A stretch of DNA of 64,000 nucleotides from an uncultured Clostridia bacterium (GTDB lineage Bacteria > Bacillota > Clostridia > Christensenellales > UBA1242): assembly GCA_934771475.1 (NCBI GenBank), contig CAKVMD010000002.1, positions 29,883 to 93,882 on the forward strand, read 5' to 3'. The first letter of the stretch is position 1. Every line of letters starts with the position of its first letter. The notes under the pieces are model-generated. The model made no database searches, was not told the origin of the DNA, and saw only the letters and a list, made by a program, of their open reading frames with translations. The position numbers and the translations under genes were made by a program. Positions 1-8,921 of the stretch are shown in pieces.

Positions 1-833
1 AAAAGTGAAAACATCATCTTTACGCAAGCGTCTGGGGTTTGGTATACGCCTTGATAGAAATCGTATGCCGAAATTTTATCTTTACTTATCCAAATTGCTC
101 CGCGCTCAGTTTTTCCCATTTTTTTGCCTTCTGGGGTAAGCAAAAGAGGATTCGTTGCTCCAATAAGGTCAATATTTGTGCCATTTTGGAAATTGAGTTT
201 GCGTTGAAGTTCAACCCCAGCGACAACATTCGCCCATTGGTCTCCGCCACCATACTGCAATGTGCAACCATATTCTCTGTTAAGATGAATGAAGTCATAA
301 GCTTGCATAGGCATATACCCCATTTCAAAGAATGTCAAACCGCCCTCTTGCAAACGATTGTCATAGATTTGGCTTGAAAGCATCTTGTTTACATTGAAGT
401 GTGCACCAACTTCTCTCATAAAATCAATATAAGTGAGTTTATCAAACCAATCTGCGTTATTTACAATTATTGCAGGGTTATCGCCATCAAAATCTAGGAA
501 AATTTTGAGGCTGTCTTTTATCTTTTCAATATTTTTTGAAATATCTTCCTTGTTCATAATCTTGCGCATTTCTTGTTTCCCGCTTGGGTCGCCAATGCAC
601 GCAGTTGCTCCACCCATGAGAAGTATAACTTTATGTCCGGCCTTTTGAAATCTTCTTAACACAGAGTATGGAACACAATGCCCAATATGCAAACTGTCCG
701 CCGTTGGGTCAGTCCCCTCATAAAGCACAACTGGCTCACCACTTTCAAGGCATTTTTTAAGTGCCTCTTCGTCTGTGCACTGGTATAAAAGCCCACGCTC
801 TTTTAAAACATTATATAAATTTGTATCTGTCAT
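1..833 (-). CDS. tyrS: tyrosine--tRNA ligase, N-terminal ~277 codons (3' end beyond window start)
   Basis: Hand translation of the minus strand from ATG 831-833 gives MTDTNLYNVLKERGLLYQC... It has a class I HIGH box (DSLHIGH), a KMGKT (KMSKS-type) loop and a GGAGGGG RBS. It is absent from the ORF track only because no stop codon lies in the window. A Tyr T-box sits directly upstream. Confidence 0.93.
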   Translation of the reverse strand, partial: MTDTNLYNVLKERGLLYQCTDEEALKKCLESGEPVVLYEGTDPTADSLHIGHCVPYSVLRRFQKAGHKVILLMGGATACIGDPSGKQEMRKIMNKEDISKNIEKIKDSLKIFLDFDGDNPAIIVNNADWFDKLTYIDFMREVGAHFNVNKMLSSQIYDNRLQEGGLTFFEMGYMPMQAYDFIHLNREYGCTLQYGGGDQWANVVAGVELQRKLNFQNGTNIDLIGATNPLLLTPEGKKMGKTERGAIWISKDKISAYDFYQGVYQTPDACVKMMFSL

Positions 834-1062
834 ATTCCCCTCCTACATACAAAAAAGCACGCCATGTTTTTAGGACGAAGCGTGCACTCGTGTTACCACC
901 TAAATTCGGTCAAAAATATAACCCTCATTTGCTTTTCGTAAGCATCAACGCAAGACTTGAAAAAGTTGTAATTCAAACAATTCCCCTTGAAAGGCTTTCA
1001 CCAACCGCCCTCTCTCTGGCAAGCAAAAATTGTTCTACTGGGGCTCTTCCCCCATCTTGATT
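834..1062 (-). promoter_or_regulatory. T-box leader (tyrosine specifier UAC) with intrinsic terminator
   Basis: Minus-strand reading shows AGAGAG...GGUGAAAG stem I motifs and a specifier context GCUUACGAA (UAC at 938-940). The T-box sequence is AAUUUAGGUGGUAACACG, followed by the terminator GCACGC...GCGUGCUUUUUU. The promoter is TTGACA (1092-1097), 17 nt, TATACT (1069-1074). Confidence 0.85.
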
Positions 1063-1162
1063 AAACATAGTATAAACATTTAAACAAATATTGTCAATAT
1101 TTTTGCGGTTTTTGTTTGTAAAATTTTTGTCAATCGACTAAAATGATTTTGGAGGAAATTAT

Positions 1163-1831
1163 ATGTCTTGTCCTATGAATATCGAAGGCTTTGGTCCATC
1201 CCCTATCCCACAAGAGGGTGATTGGACATTTCTTAAAGAAATATCGCAAGTTTCTGGGTTTAGCCATGGCTGTGGGAAATGCGCTCCACAACAGGGAGTT
1301 TGCAAACTTACACTTAATGTAAAAAACGGAATTATTGAAGAGGCGCTGGTTGAAACTATTGGATGCTCTGGCATGACACACTCGGCAGCAATGGCGGGAG
1401 AAATTTTGCCGGGGAAAACTTTACTTGAAGCGCTCAACACCGACCTCGTTTGTGATGCAATCAACGATGCTATGAAAAACATCTTTTTGCAACTCGTTTA
1501 TGGAAGAAGTCAATCGGCTTTCTCAAAAGGTGGACTGAGAGTTGGTTCTGCACTTGAAGACCTTGGCAAAACGCTACAAAGCAACGTTGGCACGGTGTAT
1601 TCTCAAAAAGCGACAGGCACGCGTTATCTTAACCTTGCAGAAGGATATATTACCAAAGAGGCGCTGGACGAAAACGGAGAAATCATCGGCTATGAATATG
1701 TTTCGAGCGGTTCTCTTATGAAAATGCTGAAAGAAGGCGTAGAGCCAGCAGAAGCAGTCAAAAAAGCAACCAAAACTTATGGACGCTACGCAGATGGCGT
1801 TTCTTTCATTGACCCAAGGGAGGTGAAATAA
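1163..1831 (+). CDS. NifU/IscU-like Fe-S scaffold domain protein with ~100-aa C-terminal extension
   Basis: GGAGG RBS. Cys-containing IscU-like N-terminal half (HGCGKC, IGCSGM, LVCDAI). Its stop overlaps the start of the next gene (TAATG). Promoter TTGTAA-17-TAAAAT at 1116-1144. Confidence 0.7.
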   Translation: MSCPMNIEGFGPSPIPQEGDWTFLKEISQVSGFSHGCGKCAPQQGVCKLTLNVKNGIIEEALVETIGCSGMTHSAAMAGEILPGKTLLEALNTDLVCDAINDAMKNIFLQLVYGRSQSAFSKGGLRVGSALEDLGKTLQSNVGTVYSQKATGTRYLNLAEGYITKEALDENGEIIGYEYVSSGSLMKMLKEGVEPAEAVKKATKTYGRYADGVSFIDPREVK

Positions 1832-2820
1832 TGGACCTTACCACAAAAAACACGTCTATCAAAGAAACTCTTTTAAGGCACAACATCTCTTCTATGGAAG
1901 AGGTCGATAAGATTTGCGCTGAAAGTAGCATTGATGTTGAAAAGATTGTTAAAGGCATTCAACCAATTTGTTTTGACAATGCGGTAAAAGCCTATAAAAT
2001 AGGAGTCGCAATCGCAATTAAAGAGCATATAACAAAAGCAACCGAAGTCGCACTTTGTCTTGGCGAAGGACTACAAGCATACGCGGTTAAAGGGTCGGTT
2101 GCAGACAATCGTCAAATAGGCATAGGGCACGGAAAACTTGCAAGTATGTTGCTAGACGAGAAAACCAAAAGTTTCTGTTTCCTTGCGGGACACGAAAGTT
2201 TTGCAGCAGCAGAGGGCGCAATCGGAATTGTTACAAGCGCTAACAAAGTTAGGGTTTCTCCTTTAAATGTTATACTTAACGGACTTGGCAAAGATGCAGC
2301 ATACATTATTTCAAGAATTAACGGATTTACTTTTGTTCAAACTCAATTCGACCATGCCACAGGCGAACTTAAAGTTTTGGGTGAAAAGGCATTTTCAACG
2401 GGTGATAGAGCAAAAGTCAAATGCTATGGCTGTTACGATGTTGGAGAAGGCGTTGAAGTTATGAAAAGAGAAAAGGTTGATGTTTCAATCACTGGAAACT
2501 CAACTAATCCTATGCGCTTCCAACACCCTGTTGCTGGAATTTACAAGAAATGGTGCTTTGAAAACAATAAAAACTACTTTTCAGTTGCTTCGGGTGGCGG
2601 AACGGGAAGAACGCTCCACCCTGATAACATGGGTTGCGGTCCCGCTAGTTATGGGCTGACTGACACAATGGGAAGAATGCACTGCGACGCTCAATTTGCG
2701 GGCTCATCCTCAGTTCCAGCACATGTGGAAATGATGGGATTTATTGGAATGGGCAATAATCCAATCGTTGGAGCAACAGTTGCACTTGCGGTCGAGGTCG
2801 AAACAAAAAGCAAAAAATAG
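1831..2820 (+). CDS. GGGtGRT-motif protein (conserved family of unknown function)
   Basis: Contains the eponymous motif ...SVASGGGTGRTLHPDNMGCGP... About 330 aa, as I recall for this family. Translationally coupled to the NifU-like gene. Confidence 0.75.
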   Translation: MDLTTKNTSIKETLLRHNISSMEEVDKICAESSIDVEKIVKGIQPICFDNAVKAYKIGVAIAIKEHITKATEVALCLGEGLQAYAVKGSVADNRQIGIGHGKLASMLLDEKTKSFCFLAGHESFAAAEGAIGIVTSANKVRVSPLNVILNGLGKDAAYIISRINGFTFVQTQFDHATGELKVLGEKAFSTGDRAKVKCYGCYDVGEGVEVMKREKVDVSITGNSTNPMRFQHPVAGIYKKWCFENNKNYFSVASGGGTGRTLHPDNMGCGPASYGLTDTMGRMHCDAQFAGSSSVPAHVEMMGFIGMGNNPIVGATVALAVEVETKSKK

Positions 2821-2972
2821 GCTCATCAAATTTACTTAAAACGCTGTTTGAAACCGTTTAATGATGATTTTTGGTGTTTTTAATAAAAATCTTCAATTTT
2901 TCGTTATATTTTAACTATTTTTTGTCTTTTCAAATCAAATCTTTATCTTTAACAAAATCAAGAAAAACTTAC

Positions 2973-3020
2973 AAAAAAACAAGGGCGCTTAATAGCACTT
3001 AAAAGAGCCCTTGTTTTTAT
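2973..3020. terminator. bidirectional intrinsic terminator
   Basis: Stem CAAGGGC (2980-2986) / GCCCTTG (3007-3013), with an A-run before and a T-run after. It lies between convergent genes. Confidence 0.6.
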
Positions 3021-3111
3021 TTTTAATTTTTTTAGTTTTGAATTCTTTTGATTTTTATTTAAATTTTGTGAATATTTCGCACCAAATCATTGAGCAAAAA
3101 ATGCTAACATT

Positions 3112-5067
3112 TTAAAGCGTTCTCATAATTTCTTCAATCGACATACTTTCACCGCTGACTGATTGTGAACCACCCGTGTAGACAACTTCATCTATGAGTT
3201 GTTTAAGCAAGTTTTTATCAACACCACTTTTCTTTTTGTTACTATCAACAATTTTTTGTATTAATGGCAACAAATCTTGTCCGTCCCTCGAACGAATGTC
3301 CAACGCTTCCATTATGTCTGCAATGTATCCGGCGTGATTGGTTGCTTTATAGCAAGCATTATTAAAAATATACTTTACTACTTCACCAACATCGCATAAG
3401 CCATGATAAAGTAGGTTTTTATAGTGTCCGTATGTAATAATATTTGAGAATTCTCCCCCAATTCTTACAGACCTTGCACCTCCTTTGTCGGGGAAAGCAA
3501 CAAACCTATATGGGTCAGAGCGCTCATCATTATCTACATTTGAGCAATAATAACTAAATTGCCCACTTGCGTCCACTTTTGGATAAACTTTTGAAATGCA
3601 AATGTCAGGGTCAAATTGTTTAAACAAAAACTCAATATATTTAGAAGAGTACTTTTTGTCCCAGCGATTGTCTATCTTGCCTTTGAAAATAGGGAAATTT
3701 GCAACTTCTTCGACCTCATTCCTTCCCATTTCCTCAGAAAATAAGGCATCAATCATGTACGAAACCTCGTCATTTATATCAAAATATGATGTTTGTTCAA
3801 GGTTATCAGTCATAAAATTAATAGGTTTTAAAACAAGTGGCTTGTAACTAAGTATTCTATCACCTTCCATTGGATAGCAGAATATATTTTGCGTGTTTGA
3901 GTCTATTCCAATCACCACAACCTTTTGCATTCCGCTCACCCTAGAAAGCGAGTTAACCGCAATACCCGTATTTACATTTTCATAAACCCCGCCGACCATA
4001 ATATCAATATCGCGAAGAGTTAAATTCATCGTATTATTGGTTGCAATTCCATGTGAGTTTGAAGTGAAAAAGATTTCGGTTGCCTCGTAATATTCATCAA
4101 TGAACTTAAAAATTTGAGCATACGTTTCCTTTGTAAAAAACACATCGTCCGCCCAGTTGTGTTTTTCGCTCCTTATCTCTGCGACCTTCTCTGCAAAAAT
4201 GTAATATAAATTGTCAAACAAGGCTGTTCCATTACTCATATATTTCGTGATTTGATTTCTTGAAATTAGGTAATTGTATATTGTTGGCTCTTCATCTTCA
4301 AATTCGCGCAGAACTTCTTGTGGCATGCGCGATTTAAGTTCCTCTGCCACATCAATCCTGCTGTTCATAAACATGATGAATTGCTCCATCAGAGGAAATT
4401 CATTGAGTCTATCTTCATTTTCAATGCTGTACTTCCACCCTTCCAAAGTTGGTTTAACACCTTTATCGGATACATTATCCTTCGTTAAAACGGTTTTACA
4501 AAAATCACGCGCTTTATATGAAACAACTGTCCCCGCTTTTTGTTCGACTCCATTAAAGTAATCCATCAAATTTTCATCATTGTGCCTTTCTCTTGCATCA
4601 AAGATAACTTGGTCTATTTGTATTATTTGAGGGTTTAGCATAACTTTGCTTTCTAATGTTTTATTTTCTCCTACAATATGCATCATTGGAAAAACAATTA
4701 AACTTTCCTTATCCCTACTAATTGCGCCAATTCTACATTTTCTTATTCCAGAAATATGTATTGTATCGTTCTTTTTTCCTTTTTGAGACACGGGTGTTCC
4801 TATATTAAGCATACACCAATAAGTTCCTCTAACAACTATGTCCCTAGCGGAGATTGCGCCATTTCTGCTTGCAAATACCAGCCCATCTTTTGCAACTTTT
4901 TTAAATAAATCAAGCACCGCAGTCTTAAATGCAAGTTTATAAACCGGAGCGCCGTCTTCACTTTTCAACAACCCATCTCGCATAGAGTCTATATCAAAAT
5001 TATAAACCTCTTTAAGCACTTTTGCGATGCCAGCAAATTGCTGGTCGTCAATTCTATTTCTAGCCAT
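3112..5067 (-). CDS. hypothetical protein, 651 aa, no recognisable motif
   Basis: Long uninterrupted ORF starting at ATG, with host-like codon usage and flanked by long AT-rich spacers. I could find no Walker, HTH, transmembrane or nuclease signature. Confidence 0.7.
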   Translation of the reverse strand: MARNRIDDQQFAGIAKVLKEVYNFDIDSMRDGLLKSEDGAPVYKLAFKTAVLDLFKKVAKDGLVFASRNGAISARDIVVRGTYWCMLNIGTPVSQKGKKNDTIHISGIRKCRIGAISRDKESLIVFPMMHIVGENKTLESKVMLNPQIIQIDQVIFDARERHNDENLMDYFNGVEQKAGTVVSYKARDFCKTVLTKDNVSDKGVKPTLEGWKYSIENEDRLNEFPLMEQFIMFMNSRIDVAEELKSRMPQEVLREFEDEEPTIYNYLISRNQITKYMSNGTALFDNLYYIFAEKVAEIRSEKHNWADDVFFTKETYAQIFKFIDEYYEATEIFFTSNSHGIATNNTMNLTLRDIDIMVGGVYENVNTGIAVNSLSRVSGMQKVVVIGIDSNTQNIFCYPMEGDRILSYKPLVLKPINFMTDNLEQTSYFDINDEVSYMIDALFSEEMGRNEVEEVANFPIFKGKIDNRWDKKYSSKYIEFLFKQFDPDICISKVYPKVDASGQFSYYCSNVDNDERSDPYRFVAFPDKGGARSVRIGGEFSNIITYGHYKNLLYHGLCDVGEVVKYIFNNACYKATNHAGYIADIMEALDIRSRDGQDLLPLIQKIVDSNKKKSGVDKNLLKQLIDEVVYTGGSQSVSGESMSIEEIMRTL

Positions 5068-5164
5068 ATTGTTTTCCTTTTATATATCTATATTAGCATA
5101 TCTGGAAGTTTTGTCAAGGTATTTCATCTCATTACTTTACAGTTTTTCCGCTTTATGATATAAT

Positions 5165-5830
5165 ATGCTTATGATACAAATAAGAAAAAGTTGGTACGAC
5201 CTTTTAAGCGATGAATTCAACAAGCCATATTTCAAATCTTTGCAAGAATTTTTGAAAAATGAGTATTCTCGCTACGAGGTTTATCCAGAAGAGAAAAATA
5301 TTTTCAATGCGTTAAATCATGTTCCATATGACAAAGTAAAAGTGGTTATTATTGGACAAGACCCCTATCATGAGCCTCGCCAAGCACAAGGGTTATCCTT
5401 TTCAGTGCCAGAAGATGTCGAAATCCCCCCATCACTGGTGAATATCATGAAGGAAATTGAAGATGACCTCAAAATAAATTGTTTGAAAAATGGCAATCTT
5501 GAACGCTGGGCAAGTCAAGGTGTTTTACTTTTGAACACGGTTTTAACGGTGCGAAGAGGTCAAGCCAACAGCCACAAAGATAAAGGCTGGGAGATTTTAA
5601 CCAGAAAAATTATAGAACTTTTAGGCAAGCGCGAAGCCCCTATTGTTTTCTTGCTTTGGGGTTCATACGCACAAAGTTTTGCTCCGCTTATCGGCAGTCA
5701 GCATTTAATTTTGAAAGCGCCTCATCCTAGCCCACTTTCAGCATACAGAGGCTTCCTCGGTTGCAAACATTTCTCTAAATGCAACGAATTTTTGACTTCT
5801 CACGGGCTTACACCTATTGATTGGCAGTAA
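5165..5830 (+). CDS. ung: uracil-DNA glycosylase
   Basis: GQDPYH water-activating loop and HPSPLS leucine-loop motifs; typical length. Confidence 0.93.
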   Translation: MLMIQIRKSWYDLLSDEFNKPYFKSLQEFLKNEYSRYEVYPEEKNIFNALNHVPYDKVKVVIIGQDPYHEPRQAQGLSFSVPEDVEIPPSLVNIMKEIEDDLKINCLKNGNLERWASQGVLLLNTVLTVRRGQANSHKDKGWEILTRKIIELLGKREAPIVFLLWGSYAQSFAPLIGSQHLILKAPHPSPLSAYRGFLGCKHFSKCNEFLTSHGLTPIDWQ

Positions 5831-5969
5831 ATATCTTTAAAAATAGAGAAACAAAACATATTGTAAGCATTTTTAGTTTAAATGCGCTCTAAAAAAGCGT
5901 TTGACTGACATTTTAGTGCGCACATTTAAAAATTTCCACTTAATTACTAAATTTTCATATTAAACTACT

Positions 5970-6013
5970 AAAAAAAAGACCTTGATTTTTAGTCAAATCA
6001 AAGTCTTTTTTAT
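5970..6013. terminator. bidirectional intrinsic terminator
   Basis: AAAAAAAGACCTTGATTT...AAATCAAGTCTTTTTT hairpin between convergent ung and the 192-aa ORF. Confidence 0.7.
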
Positions 6014-6096
6014 TTACGCGAGATCTATATAATCAAAGCTATGTTTACTTTATCTATATAGCTTGGCACATCAATTTTGAAATCATTATAGATAAT

Positions 6097-6675
6097 TTAC
6101 GCATTTTCAATTATGACAGCCTCATTCAAAAGGCGTCTTGCAACGAGTTCGTGATGACTCATGAGTTCAATGTCTGTCATTTCAAGGAATTTAATCACAT
6201 CTTCAAATTCGCCATTTCCAGCTACAATTTCTTCTTTCGCGTCTGAATTCGGGTCGTTAACTTTTGGCGCTTTACCATAAATATAAGTAAGGCAAAGCCC
6301 ATCGACATCCCTGTAAACTCTTCTTGCTGCAAATTGTGGATGTTTTGCATCTCCCTTATTGAAAAATGCTGTAATAGCAAAAGGTTCGCCAAATTTGTAA
6401 GCTACGCAAAGTCTATCAACAACTTTTCGACTTGCAAGTACATCAGCGGGAACCCCAACAACACCTGCAAATCTTTTCAAATATTTTTCAATGATTTCCT
6501 CTTGTTTGTCAAAAGAAATCGGTTTTGATGAAGAAACAACTTCTCTGTCCATTAAAGTTTTAACATGAGTTGTGCTTAAATCTTCAAAATCAGCATAATA
6601 TCTTCCGTTATCTCCATCTACAATTTCAATCTTATCACCGTTTAAACGCAGTTCAACACAAATATTTTTATTCAT
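6097..6675 (-). CDS. hypothetical protein, 192 aa
   Basis: ORF with a GGAGG RBS (revcomp of cctcc at 6684-6688). No family recognised. Confidence 0.65.
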   Translation of the reverse strand: MNKNICVELRLNGDKIEIVDGDNGRYYADFEDLSTTHVKTLMDREVVSSSKPISFDKQEEIIEKYLKRFAGVVGVPADVLASRKVVDRLCVAYKFGEPFAITAFFNKGDAKHPQFAARRVYRDVDGLCLTYIYGKAPKVNDPNSDAKEEIVAGNGEFEDVIKFLEMTDIELMSHHELVARRLLNEAVIIENA

Positions 6676-6828
6676 TATCTAATGCCTCCCATTTATGTTA
6701 TAATTATAATCTTAAAAAGCAAATTTGTCAATACCCTAGTTAAAAATCTAATATGTATAATTTTTAATTTGCTAACAAAAAAGCAGAGATAATTCTCTGC
6801 TTTTTTCATTTCATGATTTCAATTATTT

Positions 6829-7923
6829 TTACTCTTCGTCATTATTAAGAGAGTCGATTGCTTCTTGAAGATTTTTGATGTTTTCCTTAATCTCAGCGTT
6901 TTGACTTACAAGAAGGTTGTAAATCTTTTCAAGAAGAGGATATCTTTCTTTGTTTTTATCCATAACTTCTTGGCAATGTTGAACTGAAAGTTTAAGTCCA
7001 TCAAGAAGGTCAAGGTCTTCTGCAAGTTTCTTTGCTTTTTCTTCATCAATATCAGAATAGTTGTTTACGCCATGAAGGAGAACTTCTTGTTTAGCAACAA
7101 GTGCTTCTTTTCTACGAAGTTTAACTTCATCTTTTTCAAGAGTCTTTTTAACTCTACGAAGTGGAATAAACTCTTTCTTGCTTGCGCGAAGGTCTTTCTC
7201 GTTTGCTTTAAGTCTTTCTTGTTCTTCTGCAAGTTTTGCAAGGAGTTCGTCTTTTGTGTAAGTTGATGCAAGAGCATTTTTATCTTGTGCCTCTTCGTAT
7301 TGTGCTTCTTCAACAACAGTAGTTGCTTCTTCTTCGCTTGGCTCTTGTGCTGGCTCTTCTTGTGCATCCTCAGTTTCTTCTGCTGGCTCTTCTTCCTCTA
7401 CTGCTTCTTCTACTGATTCTTCCTCAGTTGTTTCTTCAACATGAGCATCTTCGGTTTTCTCTTCAACAGATTCCTCTTCGGCCTCTTCCTCGTCCTCATC
7501 GTCTTGTTTTTGAAGAATTGCAAGTCTTTCCATCAAGGCTTGTTTTCTTCTTGCGATTTCAGCGTCAAGATCCTCTTGCTCTTCATTTTTTGTTTCTTCC
7601 GCAGTTTCTTCTGCTGGCTCTTCGGTAGCCTCTTCTTCTGTTGACTCTTCTTCTTTCTTTTCCTCAGCGTATGGGTCAAAAGCCTCTACTTCTGCACCTT
7701 TGTAAAGAAGTTCTTTAATTTCTGGGTCTTGTTTAAGTTCTTCTTTATTTTCAAGAGCTTCAATTCTGTCAACAAGTTCTTTTCTTTCTCTCTCTTGTTT
7801 TTGGCTAATTGCATTTTTATCCTTATTCTTGTCTGCAAGGCTCATAATAATGTCTGCAACAAAGTAAATGAGGAAACCTCCCGCAACAACAATTCCAAGA
7901 ATGATTAATACTGTTAAAAACAT
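6829..7923 (-). CDS. membrane-anchored, highly acidic coiled-coil protein
   Basis: N-terminal transmembrane helix (FLTVLIILGIVVAGGFLIYFV), then a long E/D/K-rich low-complexity, heptad-like sequence. A terminator lies downstream at 6777-6808. Confidence 0.75.
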   Translation of the reverse strand: MFLTVLIILGIVVAGGFLIYFVADIIMSLADKNKDKNAISQKQERERKELVDRIEALENKEELKQDPEIKELLYKGAEVEAFDPYAEEKKEEESTEEEATEEPAEETAEETKNEEQEDLDAEIARRKQALMERLAILQKQDDEDEEEAEEESVEEKTEDAHVEETTEEESVEEAVEEEEPAEETEDAQEEPAQEPSEEEATTVVEEAQYEEAQDKNALASTYTKDELLAKLAEEQERLKANEKDLRASKKEFIPLRRVKKTLEKDEVKLRRKEALVAKQEVLLHGVNNYSDIDEEKAKKLAEDLDLLDGLKLSVQHCQEVMDKNKERYPLLEKIYNLLVSQNAEIKENIKNLQEAIDSLNNDEE

Positions 7924-7951
7924 AATTTTTCCTTCCTTTTTTTATTTTTTT

Positions 7952-8343
7952 TGGTGGAGACGGTGGGAGTTGAACCCACTTCCGAAAAATTTGTACAAAG
8001 CTTTTCTACATGTTTATCCTAAACTTTGATTTAACTCCAAATTAGGCAATAGGCAACCTTTTTGGGGCGATTCTTTGTTTTTGTGCAACCTCTATAAAGA
8101 AAAATTTAAGGTTGTAGAGCGCTTTTAATGATACCAACTTGTCAAACTAGCGAATTTGACCATGGCAGGCTAAACTATTGTTAACCGAGAATTTTGTTCG
8201 CTTAAGCAGCGCAAGCAAGGCTTGCATTGTTCATACGAACTACGTTATTGTTTGCGTTTATTTGCAAATCGCTTTTTAAGGTCAACACCGACCACATGCT
8301 TTACACTTTGACCAATATTCCCCGTCGAAACCATGACGCCCCC
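7952..8343 (-). ncRNA. ssrA: tmRNA (SsrA)
   Basis: The 5' end is GGGGGCGUCAUGGUUUCGACGGGG. The 3' end is a tRNA-like ...GGGUUCAACUCCCACCGUCUCCACCA. The internal tag frame GCA AAC AAU AAC GUA GUU CGU AUG AAC AAU GCA AGC CUU GCU UGC GCU GCU UAA encodes ANNNVVRMNNASLACAA. It lies next to smpB. Confidence 0.9.
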
Positions 8344-8351
8344 ATAAGGGG

Positions 8352-8834
8352 TTAACATGACTTGACCACGCGGTCAATTTCTCGCTTGACAGCCTTATCT
8401 TTTAAAGTCTGTCTTTTATCATAAAGTTTCTTTCCTTTGGCTAGACCGATTTCAACTTTGGCTTTGTTGTTTTGCATATAGACCTTAGTTGGCACTATTG
8501 AAAAACCTTTTTCCATCGTTTTTCGCTCTAACTTTAAGATTTCTTCCTTATGAAGAAGAAGCCTTCTAGACCTTTTGGTTAAACTCTCCTTTGCGTCTTC
8601 ATTTTCGCAAGGGGCAATGTAGCAATTTTTAAGCCAAGCTTCACCATTTTTAATCACAACGAAACTGTCGCTTAAACTCACTTTGCCTTGACTTACAGAT
8701 TTGATTTCGCCACCTTTGAGTTCAATCCCTGCTTCAAGCAAATCTGAAACGAAGAAATCATGAAATGCTTTTTTATTATTTGTTATTATCTTCATCTCGC
8801 CCTCTATTATAACACCCTTTTTAGCCTTTTTCAA
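8352..8834 (-). CDS. smpB: SsrA-binding protein SmpB (start uncertain: TTG 8834 or ATG 8795)
   Basis: NKKAFHDFFV...ELKGGEIKS...RLLLHKEEI motifs typical of SmpB; adjacent to ssrA. Confidence 0.92.
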   Translation of the reverse strand: MKKAKKGVIIEGEMKIITNNKKAFHDFFVSDLLEAGIELKGGEIKSVSQGKVSLSDSFVVIKNGEAWLKNCYIAPCENEDAKESLTKRSRRLLLHKEEILKLERKTMEKGFSIVPTKVYMQNNKAKVEIGLAKGKKLYDKRQTLKDKAVKREIDRVVKSC

Positions 8835-8921
8835 TACCCAATCTTAAAAATTTTGCGTTTTTTTAGTATTTTTAATGAAAAAAGTCAAAAAATTGGTTAA
8901 TTTTCGACTTTTAATATATAT

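Noticed and set aside
39-648. Track ORFs 39-377(+), 86-328(-) and 433-648(+).
   Set aside because: They lie inside or antisense to the clearly recognisable tyrS reading frame on the minus strand, so they are shadow ORFs.
7065-7644. ORFs 7065-7367(-), 7072-7266(+), 7323-7628(+) and 7441-7644(+).
   Set aside because: They are alternative frames of the GAA/GAG-rich low-complexity region of the acidic coiled-coil gene. Their translations are repetitive K/L/F-rich artefacts.
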